DNA of 64,000 nucleotides from an uncultured Bdellovibrionales bacterium (GTDB lineage: Bacteria > Bdellovibrionota_C > UBA2361 > OMII01): the NCBI GenBank assembly GCA_964413875.1, contig CAYPUA010000009.1, positions 7,289 to 71,288 on the forward strand. The letters are read 5' to 3'. This document shows positions 38,602 to 47,339 of the stretch, piece after piece. The notes under the pieces are model-generated. The model was given only the letters and a program-made list of their open reading frames with translations, made no database searches and had not been told where the DNA came from. The position numbers and the translations under genes were made by a program. Within the stretch, counting starts at the first letter, position 1, and each line of letters begins with the position of its first letter.

Positions 38602-39819
38602 ATGGCTGGAGTTTTCCGCAAAGAGACGCTTGCTAACGGGCTCACGATCCTCGGGGAGCCGAACAGCGCAAATGCGAGCGCAGCGCTCGGCTTCTTCGTT
38701 CGCACAGGGGCTCGGGACGAAACGGCTGCTGAAGCCGGAGTCTCGCACTTCCTTGAGCACATGCTCTTTAAGGGCACTCCGACTAGGTCGGCGATAGACA
38801 TCAATCTGCAGCTCGGCAACCTGGGCGCGCAGGCAAACGCGTTTACCTCAGAGGAGAACACGGTCTACTACTCGGCGATCATCCCAGAAAACTTCGCTGC
38901 TATGCAGGAGCTCCTGAGTGACATGATGCGGCCTCTGCTCGATCCGCAAGAGTTCGACATGGAGAAGAAGGTTATTCTTGAGGAGATAGCCCTCTACCAG
39001 GACCGCCCGCACTTCTACCTCTTCGAGAATGCATTCAAGGACTTCTTCGGGGCACACCCCGCCGGCAATTCGGTGCTCGGCACGCACGACTCTGTGTCTG
39101 GAATTAGCCGTGACGCGATGAAGAGCTACTTCGACCGCCGTTACTCGCCGTCGAACATTGTGCTCGCTGCTACCGGCAACTTCTCGTGGGAGCGGTTCCT
39201 GAAGGATGCAGAGATGCTTTGTGGCCAGTGGAAAAATTTCCCGGTAGAACGTCCGTTGGTTCGCTACGGTGGGAAGCAGGGCGAAAAAACTTTCCGCCGC
39301 AAGAATCTCAGCCACTCTCACGCGGTGCTCGTCACCACTGGCGCAAGCGCACAGGACGAAGAGCGCTACGCGCTCTCTCTCCTTGCAGCGATTTTGGGCG
39401 ACTCGACCGGCTCGCGGATGTACTGGGACCTCGTTGACAAGGGGATTGCGGACTCGGCCAGCGTGGACAGCGATGAGCGAGACGGCACCGGGTGCTTCAG
39501 TGCCTACGTCAGCGCCTCGCCAGACCGTCTGGAACAGGCTATCTCAATCGCCCGAGATGTCCTCTCGACGCCGCTGCAGTTCTCCGATGCTGACCTGGAG
39601 CGTGCGAAGTCAAAGATAGCGGCCCGAATTGTGCTCGATGGTGAGCTGCCGATGGGCCGGCTCATGTCGCTGGGCATGGAATGGACCTACCGGAAAACGT
39701 CGACCCCGCTCTCGCAAGTATTAGCAAAGGTGCAGAGAGTTTCCCGACACGACATAGAGAGCGCCCTTGAGCGCTTTCCGCTGACTAATTGGTCCGAGTA
39801 CCGGCTACTGCCGGAATAG
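38602..39819 (+). CDS. M16-family zinc peptidase, catalytic subunit
   Basis: GVSHFLEHMLFKGT carries the HxxEH inverted zinc-binding motif. Downstream E about 75 residues on. No signal peptide. Confidence 0.8.
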   Translation: MAGVFRKETLANGLTILGEPNSANASAALGFFVRTGARDETAAEAGVSHFLEHMLFKGTPTRSAIDINLQLGNLGAQANAFTSEENTVYYSAIIPENFAAMQELLSDMMRPLLDPQEFDMEKKVILEEIALYQDRPHFYLFENAFKDFFGAHPAGNSVLGTHDSVSGISRDAMKSYFDRRYSPSNIVLAATGNFSWERFLKDAEMLCGQWKNFPVERPLVRYGGKQGEKTFRRKNLSHSHAVLVTTGASAQDEERYALSLLAAILGDSTGSRMYWDLVDKGIADSASVDSDERDGTGCFSAYVSASPDRLEQAISIARDVLSTPLQFSDADLERAKSKIAARIVLDGELPMGRLMSLGMEWTYRKTSTPLSQVLAKVQRVSRHDIESALERFPLTNWSEYRLLPE

Positions 39820-39881
39820 AGTGCTTTTTAGGCGATTCCAAGAGCTAGAGCAGAGCAAGCTCGACTAGGCAGAGCACACGA

Positions 39882-40358
39882 CTAGTCGTCGTCATCTTCG
39901 TCCTCGTCTTCATCCTCTTCCTCTTCTTCTTCTTCTTCCTCGTCCTCGTCGTCTTCGTCCTCGTCGTCCTCGTCGTAATCTTCGTCGTCTACGTCGATGT
40001 CGTCGTCGTCGTAATCCTCGTCTTCGTCCTCATCGGACTCGGCGACTGCGCCGTGAGCGAAGACCTCAGGGTCTATCTCTTCGAGGGCGTCACTGAGAGC
40101 TGACACGATTGACGCAAGATCCTCAGGAGCACAATCTTCGTTCTCGATAACAGCCTCAACTGCCGCGCGAACCTCGGTAACCAGAGCTTCCTCTAAATTT
40201 GATGCGCCTTCTTTCTTCTCGCCTTTGTCAGACTCTTCGTCTTCGTCCGACTCCACATCGGGGTCGTAGTCTTCCTCTAGCCGCTCTTGGAGCTCCGCGA
40301 AGCCCTCAACGAGTTGGGTGAGTGCGTCAATAATCTTCTCGGTGGCCTTGGTGCTCAT
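39882..40358 (-). CDS. Small helical protein with extreme C-terminal poly-Asp/Glu tail (about 50 acidic residues)
   Basis: 158 aa. The N-terminal about 105 aa is amphipathic-helical and acidic; the C-terminus is …SDEDEDEDYDDDDIDVDDEDYDEDDEDEDDEDEEEEEEEEEDEDEDEDDDD. Confidence 0.55.
   Translation of the reverse strand: MSTKATEKIIDALTQLVEGFAELQERLEEDYDPDVESDEDEESDKGEKKEGASNLEEALVTEVRAAVEAVIENEDCAPEDLASIVSALSDALEEIDPEVFAHGAVAESDEDEDEDYDDDDIDVDDEDYDEDDEDEDDEDEEEEEEEEEDEDEDEDDDD
39885..40040. repeat. Trinucleotide (GAC/GAA/GAG on the coding strand) low-complexity tract encoding the acidic tail
   Basis: Visible run of gtc/ttc/ctc triplets (…ctcgtcctcgtcgtcttcgtcctcgtcgtcctcgtcgtaatcttcgtcgtc…) for about 155 bp. 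Confidence 0.75.
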
Positions 40359-40387
40359 AGATGCTGTGTATCCGGATTTAAAATGCT

Positions 40388-40404
40388 TTCGTGTTCATCA
40401 CGAA
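40388..40404. promoter_or_regulatory. Inverted repeat TTCGTG-ttcat-CACGAA in the AT-richer divergent intergenic region between the acidic-tail gene and the lipoprotein gene
   Basis: Read directly: ttcgtgttcatcacgaa. About 30 nt upstream of the acidic protein start codon. Confidence 0.2.
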
Positions 40405-40666
40405 GCTTGCAAATTGCTTCTTTAGACACGGGAGCCTAAATCCTTCCCTGCGCTTAGATCAAGAGGCAAGTGCCGGGCGCGAACCCAAAAAACAGCGGCT
40501 AAAGCCATATGACCCCGCTCATTGAGAAAATCGGCTGGCCCAATTCAGCCACCATGGTATTGACATTCATTTGCGACCAACAGCCGCGCTTTTTCCGCGT
40601 GCAAGGATCCTGCTGCGGTAGTATTCAAGGCGAGGCTAATAGTTCAAGAATCGGCAGAGGGCTCTC

Positions 40667-41320
40667 ATGATGGAAAGGCGTATCGGATCGTGGATTTTGG
40701 CGGTAGTGCTGGGTGCGACCGTCTCGTCTTGCGCGCAGAGCGGCGCTCGTGATGCCTCGGGAGGGGGTCGTGGGCAGGGAGCACAGGGCGCATCTCCTGT
40801 TGTTTCGCCTCTCTCCATCAAGGTGGCAAGTCCATCCCGTCTTGCCACGATTAGCGCGCTGCGAATTCTTCCCCCGGCGATAGCGCCCTCTGTTGCCAAC
40901 CCATCGGTAACTGCACAGGGGCTTGAAGAACTTCTGGTGCGTAGGGCTGATGAAGCTATGTCCATGAAAGTGGTGGCAGCGACAGCCGCTGGCAAAACTG
41001 ACGCAGTGCTGAGAACAGAGGTCCTGACGTACCAGGAGCGAGAGGGCTCTAAGTTCGGAGGGGAGCCGGCGGCCGTGTCTTTCGTTATGACTGTAACGCG
41101 CTCGTCAGATGGTGCTGAGGTGTGGCAGGCCAACTACTTCTTCCGACAGGAGGCCCTATCGGACAATTGGCTCAAGATCGGGCAACGGTATGGCTCTAAC
41201 GGCACCGGTTCCGGCTGGCTCTCAGCCCGTGAACTTCTGGATAGGGGGCTTTCGGCAGCCTTTGCCGACTTCGCCACTCGCAGGGATGAGCAGTTCGTGC
41301 GGCCTCGGGTCGCTGGCTAA
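40667..41320 (+). CDS. Lipoprotein with disordered Gly/Ala/Pro-rich N-terminal linker and C-terminal globular domain
   Basis: Signal peptide plus lipobox (…LGATVSSCAQ), then low-complexity linker (ARDASGGGRGQGAQGASP…), then about 120 aa folded region. The architecture recalls LpoB-type lipoproteins, but I cannot confirm homology. Confidence 0.55.
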   Translation: MMERRIGSWILAVVLGATVSSCAQSGARDASGGGRGQGAQGASPVVSPLSIKVASPSRLATISALRILPPAIAPSVANPSVTAQGLEELLVRRADEAMSMKVVAATAAGKTDAVLRTEVLTYQEREGSKFGGEPAAVSFVMTVTRSSDGAEVWQANYFFRQEALSDNWLKIGQRYGSNGTGSGWLSARELLDRGLSAAFADFATRRDEQFVRPRVAG

Positions 41321-41512
41321 CCTGTTGAAAATAGCGGGGTAGAAGGTAAACAGAGCCCCCTGCAGAGAAAGTTTCCCTCTGACGCGAAGGGAATCGAAGT
41401 GTTAGCATCCTACTCTCAAATAAAGTTTGTGTCGGTTCCACACGACACAAGGTCTGGTGCTCTGGCCCGAAGCCACCGCCTCGGCTCGGCGACGGGGGAG
41501 CTACCGTAGAAG

Positions 41513-44131
41513 GTGGCAGTCGGCGTTTTTACTCAGGTATGTTCCCTCATGACAGCAGCAGCCCAGAAGCGAAGGTCCTCGCAACGGATAAAGAGCCAAA
41601 AGTCAGCAAAGCTCTCCTCTGGAAAGGGCGGCGAGCCTAATTGGTCACGCGCTTGGGTGCGTGACAGCATCTCGCTGCTTCTCTTGGCAGGTGGGGTGCT
41701 CCTGATGCTCAGCATTTGCTCATTTGGATACATGAAAGCAACTCGGGCGGAGCTGAACCCGCACGGCAATGTTATGGGCCCTCTCGGGCATGCGGTAGCC
41801 ACACTGCTCGGCGGTTTTCTCGGCATCGGGGCGATCCTTCCTGTGCTCGGGCTCGTATGGCTGGCATTCTTTCGGTCTGGCAGCTCCGAAGAGACACCGC
41901 GCCGCTACTCCGTGGGCGTAGTGATCCTCTCTTGCATTGCGCTTCTCGGCAGCTTCACTGGTCTCTTAGCGATGTTTGGCAGCGAAACACAGGCGGGCTC
42001 AGTCGGGTCTTCGGTGTTTCGTGGGCTCTTCAGAAACTTCGGCGCCGGGGGGGCGTTTGTGGTGCTAGCTATCCTGCTGGCGGTTAGCGTAGCGATACTT
42101 ATGCAGCGGTCAGTAGGGGATGTCGCACACGGCATCAGGGTTGGCGGACAGTGGCTGTTAACGCTGCTGTGTTGGCGTGCCCCGAAAGCGGCCGCAAAGG
42201 CTGCGGTGGTTGGCGGGAGAGGCGCGGCTCAGGGGCTCCGGGTCGCTGGGGAGGCCACTGCCGGGCTCTTCGTATCGAAGGGGCCCGCACCGATGCCAAC
42301 AACCGCCCGGCCAAAAATCCGCAAGGTGCAGGATGTGCCGGAGCGAGTTGACGTACCCCCGCCAGTTGCGTACTGCGAGGATCCGGCGCCGGGGGCCGTG
42401 GTGCGTCCGGAGCCGATTATCGTCAAGCCCCGCCCGCCAGAGTCCATGGAGCTTCGCACGTTGCGCCCACCGCCGGAGAAGAAAAAGCCGAAGCCCGAGA
42501 AAGATGCCGCGCCTCAAGCGGCGCCTCAGTTTGACGAGTACGTAGCGCCAGAGCTCTCGCTCTTGGCTCGCGAGGACAACACCTCCTTCGGTGAGGACGA
42601 CGACGAGCTTCGGCAGAAAGCTGAGCAGATTGAGACGAAACTCAAGGACTTCAACATCGCTGGCCGGGTTACCCAGGTGCACCCAGGGCCGGTCATTACG
42701 CTCTTCGAGTTTGAGCCGGCGGCAGGGGTGAAGGTCGGGCGGATAGCGGCGCTGCAGGACGATCTTGCGATGAGCCTGAAAGCCAGCAGCATTCGTATCA
42801 TCGCGCCGATTCCGAAGCGAGGCACGGTAGGCATCGAGGTCCCAAACAAGAACAGGGCGATTGTTCGGCTGCGTGAGTGTCTTGAGAGCAACGCGTTTGG
42901 CACAGCAGACTCGATCTTGAGTGTCCCTCTGGGCAAAGACACGTACGGCGATGCCGTAGTCGTGGATATAGCGACGATGCCGCACCTGCTCATGGCAGGA
43001 GCTACTGGAACTGGAAAATCGGTCTGCATTAACGCGTTGCTCCTCAGCCTCCTGTACCGCGCCCACCCATCTGAGCTGGGGCTGATCCTCATTGATCCCA
43101 AAGTGCTCGAGCTGAGCGTCTACGACGGCATTCCGCACCTACGCGTGCCAGTCGTTACCGATCCGCGACAAGCAAAAGCAGTACTCGCGTGGGCAGTAAA
43201 AGAGATGGACCGGCGATATCGGTACATGCAGAAGTTCGGTGTCAGAAACATCGATGGGTACAACCGGCTTGTCTCTGGAGAGGGGGCTCCGGAAGATGAC
43301 GCAGCGGGAGTTTCCCCGGGTTCGGAGCAGCTTGAGCTGCTCTCACCGGAATCGCCTCCAGCTCAGCCGGAACTTGCGCTCGACGCAACTGAGGATTGCG
43401 AGCAGCCAGAACCGGTTGCTCCGGAGCAGCTAAAGCCGCTTCCGAAGATCGTGATCGTAATCGACGAGCTGGCAGACTTGATGCTCACAGTCGGTCGCGA
43501 GATCGAGGAGCTCATTACCCGACTCGCGCAAAAAGCGCGCGCTGCGGGAATTCACCTCATAGTTGCCACGCAGCGACCATCTGTTGATGTGATCACCGGA
43601 CTGATTAAGGCGAACTTTCCCGCGCGCCTGTCGTTCCGAGTGTCCAGTCGTATCGACTCTCGTACCATTCTTGACTCGATGGGCGCCGAGAAGCTGCTCG
43701 GTCGCGGAGACATGCTCTTCATGCTCCCGGGAGCTGTCCCGCTTAAGCGCGTGCACGGCGCTTTTGTTGACGATCAGGAAGTTCAGAGAGTTGTCGCATC
43801 ACTCAAGAATCACTGCACGCCGCAGTACGATGAAGCGATTATCGCCGCGTGTGACAGGGCGCTGGCCGAGGAGAGTGGTGGGCAAGGCGATGGTCAAGGC
43901 GGGCCTGACGGGGAAGGTGATGAAGCCGATCCGTTCTACGACAAGGCCGTTGAGCTTGTGCTAGAGAAGGGGCAGGCTTCAACGTCCATGATTCAGCGTA
44001 CTTTCCGTATTGGATACAACCGAGCAGCCCGCATTATTGAGATGATGGAGCGCGAGGGGGTAGTCGGAAAGATGGATGGCGTCAAGCCACGAGAGATTCT
44101 CGTTCCGCCCGTTGACCGCTCCGTGCCGTAG
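41513..44131 (+). CDS. ftsK: DNA translocase FtsK
   Basis: N-terminal 4-5 TM region, Pro/Ala-rich linker, motor domain with Walker A GATGTGKSV and Walker B VIVIDELADL, and C-terminal gamma domain (…SMIQRTFRIGYNRAARIIEMMEREGVV…). Confidence 0.9.
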   Translation: MAVGVFTQVCSLMTAAAQKRRSSQRIKSQKSAKLSSGKGGEPNWSRAWVRDSISLLLLAGGVLLMLSICSFGYMKATRAELNPHGNVMGPLGHAVATLLGGFLGIGAILPVLGLVWLAFFRSGSSEETPRRYSVGVVILSCIALLGSFTGLLAMFGSETQAGSVGSSVFRGLFRNFGAGGAFVVLAILLAVSVAILMQRSVGDVAHGIRVGGQWLLTLLCWRAPKAAAKAAVVGGRGAAQGLRVAGEATAGLFVSKGPAPMPTTARPKIRKVQDVPERVDVPPPVAYCEDPAPGAVVRPEPIIVKPRPPESMELRTLRPPPEKKKPKPEKDAAPQAAPQFDEYVAPELSLLAREDNTSFGEDDDELRQKAEQIETKLKDFNIAGRVTQVHPGPVITLFEFEPAAGVKVGRIAALQDDLAMSLKASSIRIIAPIPKRGTVGIEVPNKNRAIVRLRECLESNAFGTADSILSVPLGKDTYGDAVVVDIATMPHLLMAGATGTGKSVCINALLLSLLYRAHPSELGLILIDPKVLELSVYDGIPHLRVPVVTDPRQAKAVLAWAVKEMDRRYRYMQKFGVRNIDGYNRLVSGEGAPEDDAAGVSPGSEQLELLSPESPPAQPELALDATEDCEQPEPVAPEQLKPLPKIVIVIDELADLMLTVGREIEELITRLAQKARAAGIHLIVATQRPSVDVITGLIKANFPARLSFRVSSRIDSRTILDSMGAEKLLGRGDMLFMLPGAVPLKRVHGAFVDDQEVQRVVASLKNHCTPQYDEAIIAACDRALAEESGGQGDGQGGPDGEGDEADPFYDKAVELVLEKGQASTSMIQRTFRIGYNRAARIIEMMEREGVVGKMDGVKPREILVPPVDRSVP

Positions 44132-44219
44132 GGGGTTACCTCTGGTTGATCATGCGGAAGTTTCTCGCAAAGTTGAAAATGGAGCCCAACCACCGCTACA
44201 ATAAAGGGTAGGGAGTTGA

Positions 44220-45005
44220 GTGATGAACGACAACGACAAGAAAGATCCAATAGGCGATGGAGAGACAGCGAAGCCGTCCGGCCTGCTGGAGAAGATCAAA
44301 GCGACACTTGCTAGTACACCTGCCGACCGATGGGAGCAGGGGGGAGAGGAACTTGATTCCTCCAAGCGGTACCAGCGTGCTCAAGAAACCTGGGAACAGC
44401 TCTTTTGTACCGACACGAAGACGGGCGTTCTGGTGCTACGCTGCTCGACACCAGTGGTAAGCAACTTCTTCGCGGGAGGGTACAGCTTTACTGAGGCAAG
44501 TGTGCCTCGCTACTTGGTTGAGCTGCGACCTCGTGGATGGACTCCGAAAATGATCCTCGACCCAGGTTTTCGAGGCACGCAGGCAACTGCCAGGCAGGTG
44601 CAAGTGCTAGCAGAAGGTGATGTCGCGCGGCAGCTCTACCTTGAGGTTCAGGCTGCCGTACGGCAACACCGCGAGTCTCTTCGGCGAGATTTCAACGACT
44701 CCGTGGAGCGATTGAGCGCCAACATCCGCGAGCAGATTCAGGGAACTGCCGCAGAAGATTGGCAGAGCGTAGAGGGAGAAGCGGGATACACGGGCTACCG
44801 AGCTGATGTAAACGGAATGACGGTTACCGTTGGGTGTACAGTTCGAGACCGTTCTTCCTCACACATGATGACCTTCAGCAAGTATGGCCTTCGGTGGGAT
44901 TGCCGCGACATGAACCTCTGTAAAGAGGTCTTTACAATGGTGGACGAGTCCGTGCGCCAGGCATCTCTTGAGCAGCTAGGTAAAGTGCTCGAAGATATGC
45001 TGTAG
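44220..45005 (+). CDS. Hypothetical cytoplasmic protein, 261 aa
   Basis: GGGAG RBS; 89 bp downstream of ftsK. No TM or signal peptide. No motif I recognise. Confidence 0.45.
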   Translation: MMNDNDKKDPIGDGETAKPSGLLEKIKATLASTPADRWEQGGEELDSSKRYQRAQETWEQLFCTDTKTGVLVLRCSTPVVSNFFAGGYSFTEASVPRYLVELRPRGWTPKMILDPGFRGTQATARQVQVLAEGDVARQLYLEVQAAVRQHRESLRRDFNDSVERLSANIREQIQGTAAEDWQSVEGEAGYTGYRADVNGMTVTVGCTVRDRSSSHMMTFSKYGLRWDCRDMNLCKEVFTMVDESVRQASLEQLGKVLEDML

Positions 45006-45019
45006 ACCTCGCTCCCGCA

Positions 45020-45679
45020 CTACGAGCCGAGCTGTAGATCTACGAGCTTGGTGTACTCTTTTTCCAGGTCGGCGTACTGATTGCGCAGGGCATCGAGTCG
45101 CTCGTACACGGCCTGGTAGTCGACGATAACGTCCCGTAGCTGGGCACTCGCCGCAGTCAGTGCGTTCGATAGCTCTTGAAAAAGTGCACGCTGGTCAGCA
45201 GTCATCGGATTCTCCACGATCATCGCGTCCAATTGGCGCAAGCTTTGAGCGAGCTTGTGCTCAAGCGTGACCGACTGCGATGAGAAGTCCTGGTAGTTGG
45301 ACATCACCTCAACGAGCTTCTTCTCATCTTCTTGGCGCGCAGTTTTGATCTCCTGCTGAGACAGCTCGCGACCGATTACCTCTTCTTGTGCTTTCTTAAG
45401 GCGCACCTCAGTCTGCTGCAGTTTGTCGCGCTGCTCCTCGAGAGCCTTTATGAATCGCTGTGTCTGGGCGATGAGGGTCTGAACCTGACCCTTTGAAGCG
45501 AATCGGTTGATGTCGCTCAAGAGCGAAATCATCTCACTCTCAAGTTTCTCGGATTCGGCCCGCAGATCTGCGATCGCCTCATCCGAGGCGACTTTCGAGA
45601 GCTTCCTGTTAAGGATGACGGCGGCGACGACGGCACCGACAGCCACGAGCCCGCACAGTACGATCACAATATTCTGCAT
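45020..45679 (-). CDS. Single-pass membrane protein with long coiled coil
   Basis: N-terminal TM MQNIVIVLCGLVAVGAVVAAVIL, then about 190 aa of heptad-like Glu/Gln/Lys/Leu-rich sequence. Lies 135 bp downstream of the gspN-like gene, same strand. Confidence 0.5.
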   Translation of the reverse strand: MQNIVIVLCGLVAVGAVVAAVILNRKLSKVASDEAIADLRAESEKLESEMISLLSDINRFASKGQVQTLIAQTQRFIKALEEQRDKLQQTEVRLKKAQEEVIGRELSQQEIKTARQEDEKKLVEVMSNYQDFSSQSVTLEHKLAQSLRQLDAMIVENPMTADQRALFQELSNALTAASAQLRDVIVDYQAVYERLDALRNQYADLEKEYTKLVDLQLGS

Positions 45680-45813
45680 ATTTTTTCCCCAAGAGGCAGA
45701 TGGTGCAGGGCGCTATTGAGGCCCGCACACAACGAAGAACGCTTCCCCTTCTAGTAGGTTACCATGCCGAAAGACTCCGTGTAGAGGCATAAATTCCGGC
45801 TGCAGAGCCACGA

Positions 45814-46764
45814 CTATCGGCCCTGGTTGAACTGATTGGAGAAGCACAGGGTTTTACTACCCACGTGTATAGTGTAGGGATGCCCGCCACTTGGACATGG
45901 GATGGTCTTCGATTTGAGGCTGAAGGAGCGCGTCTCGGCCTGAATGAGGTTGTTACTGAGCAGCGGGAGCCACTGTCCGAAACGCTGACCCCCTGAGGGT
46001 GTGAGTTCAACATTTGTCGACACGTCGACGTCCCGGATCCCCGCCTGAGGAGAGACCGCGACAGTCCCGTTTGAAATAATCTTCCCGAAGAAGCCCGTGA
46101 TCGACAGTGGCTGAAACGCCACAGTTTCGGGGCTGGAACTCCCTGAAACGGAGACCGTCACGAGATCGCCAGGTTGGAGTTTTAGCACCGACGAGAAGCT
46201 GTTGCGCGGTATCGCGAAGTCTCGAAGGGTGGCTGAGAAGAGGGATCGAGGGGGAGTAGCTGGGTCGAGGCCAGAAACAGTTGCGGTGCCTTCGAGCACA
46301 CCTGTGCTGATGCCGACGGCTCGGACCACAGGGTAGCGGGCCAGGGCAGCGACTTCGATGTTCGACCACGCCACTGAGATTGTAGGTGACCCAAGTGCTC
46401 CAGAAAGCGAGCCGGACACGCTACCGCCTAGAAGGTCGGCAGAGAACGTGGCAGCTTGTTGGTTGATGAGCGCCGAAAGGAAGGTTGGCTTGATCCAAAC
46501 GTTCGAGGCCGAAATTCGAACAGGTAAAGCCTTGATGGGGCCCTTGCTGCCTGTGCTGACCGAAGCTATCGCATCGATAGAATCGAAGTGTACTCCCTCT
46601 CGATAGCCCTGCGCCCCGGTCCAAGAGAGCTTTAAGGAAGGGGATTGCGCTGATTGTAGTGCGTACTGAGCGGCGTACGACAGAAGCTGAGGCCACAGCA
46701 GCGTTACTAGTGTGGCAAGCACCAGGAGGATGATCAGCAGGTAGGAGCGGAAACGGAGCGCCAT
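45814..46764 (-). CDS. gspN: Type II secretion system protein N-like (GspN)
   Basis: N-terminal signal-anchor (LLIILLVLATLVTLLW) and about 290 aa periplasmic Ser/Gly-rich part. Sits immediately after the L- and M-like genes, in canonical gsp order. Confidence 0.5.
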   Translation of the reverse strand: MALRFRSYLLIILLVLATLVTLLWPQLLSYAAQYALQSAQSPSLKLSWTGAQGYREGVHFDSIDAIASVSTGSKGPIKALPVRISASNVWIKPTFLSALINQQAATFSADLLGGSVSGSLSGALGSPTISVAWSNIEVAALARYPVVRAVGISTGVLEGTATVSGLDPATPPRSLFSATLRDFAIPRNSFSSVLKLQPGDLVTVSVSGSSSPETVAFQPLSITGFFGKIISNGTVAVSPQAGIRDVDVSTNVELTPSGGQRFGQWLPLLSNNLIQAETRSFSLKSKTIPCPSGGHPYTIHVGSKTLCFSNQFNQGR

Positions 46765-46767
46765 GGG

Positions 46768-47325
46768 CTACTTGCTGATCGCTTCGAAGCCACTCACTTC
46801 GAATTGCACGTAGAGCGTCTCTCCACCCCCTCGACGCTCTAAATTTATCGACGAAAGCAGCATCGGTTGAGAGCCGGTGGTGAGCGCCTTAAGAAAAGCT
46901 GCCACGTTCTCCATACTTGAGGCTTGAAAGGAGGCGTTGAAGCTCTTCGTGATGTACTTGTCACCCCGGCTTGAGCCTTGCCGAGCGTTTGCTGTGTACT
47001 CTCCGGGCTTCGCTTTTGCCACGTCCCGGAGCAGGTTCTCCAGGTACGCGAGCGGGTCTTCAGAAACATTTATCTCGCTGTAGAATTTCTCGAGTTCGTT
47101 GCGTCTCAGCTGTAGCGTTGCGTATCTTTCGAGCACCTTTGGGGTGTTGTTGTAGGCGTTGGAGAGAGTGCGAAGCTGCTCCGACTGACGGGCAAAAGCT
47201 TCCTGCACCGGCTCTACTACAACCGGGTACACCACCATGAATGCGAGTATAAGACCGGCAGCGACAAGCATCACCTTCTCGCGCGGGGTGCGCTGCCGGA
47301 ACAGGTCGAGGAGCTTCTCTTTCAT
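46768..47325 (-). CDS. gspM: Type II secretion system protein M-like (GspM / PilO-like)
   Basis: 185 aa. Short cytoplasmic N-terminus with RTPREKVMLVAAGLILAFMVV (the typical RE+TM start of GspM), then periplasmic domain. Confidence 0.55.
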   Translation of the reverse strand: MKEKLLDLFRQRTPREKVMLVAAGLILAFMVVYPVVVEPVQEAFARQSEQLRTLSNAYNNTPKVLERYATLQLRRNELEKFYSEINVSEDPLAYLENLLRDVAKAKPGEYTANARQGSSRGDKYITKSFNASFQASSMENVAAFLKALTTGSQPMLLSSINLERRGGGETLYVQFEVSGFEAISK

Positions 47326-47339
47326 AGTCTCGTCTCCCG

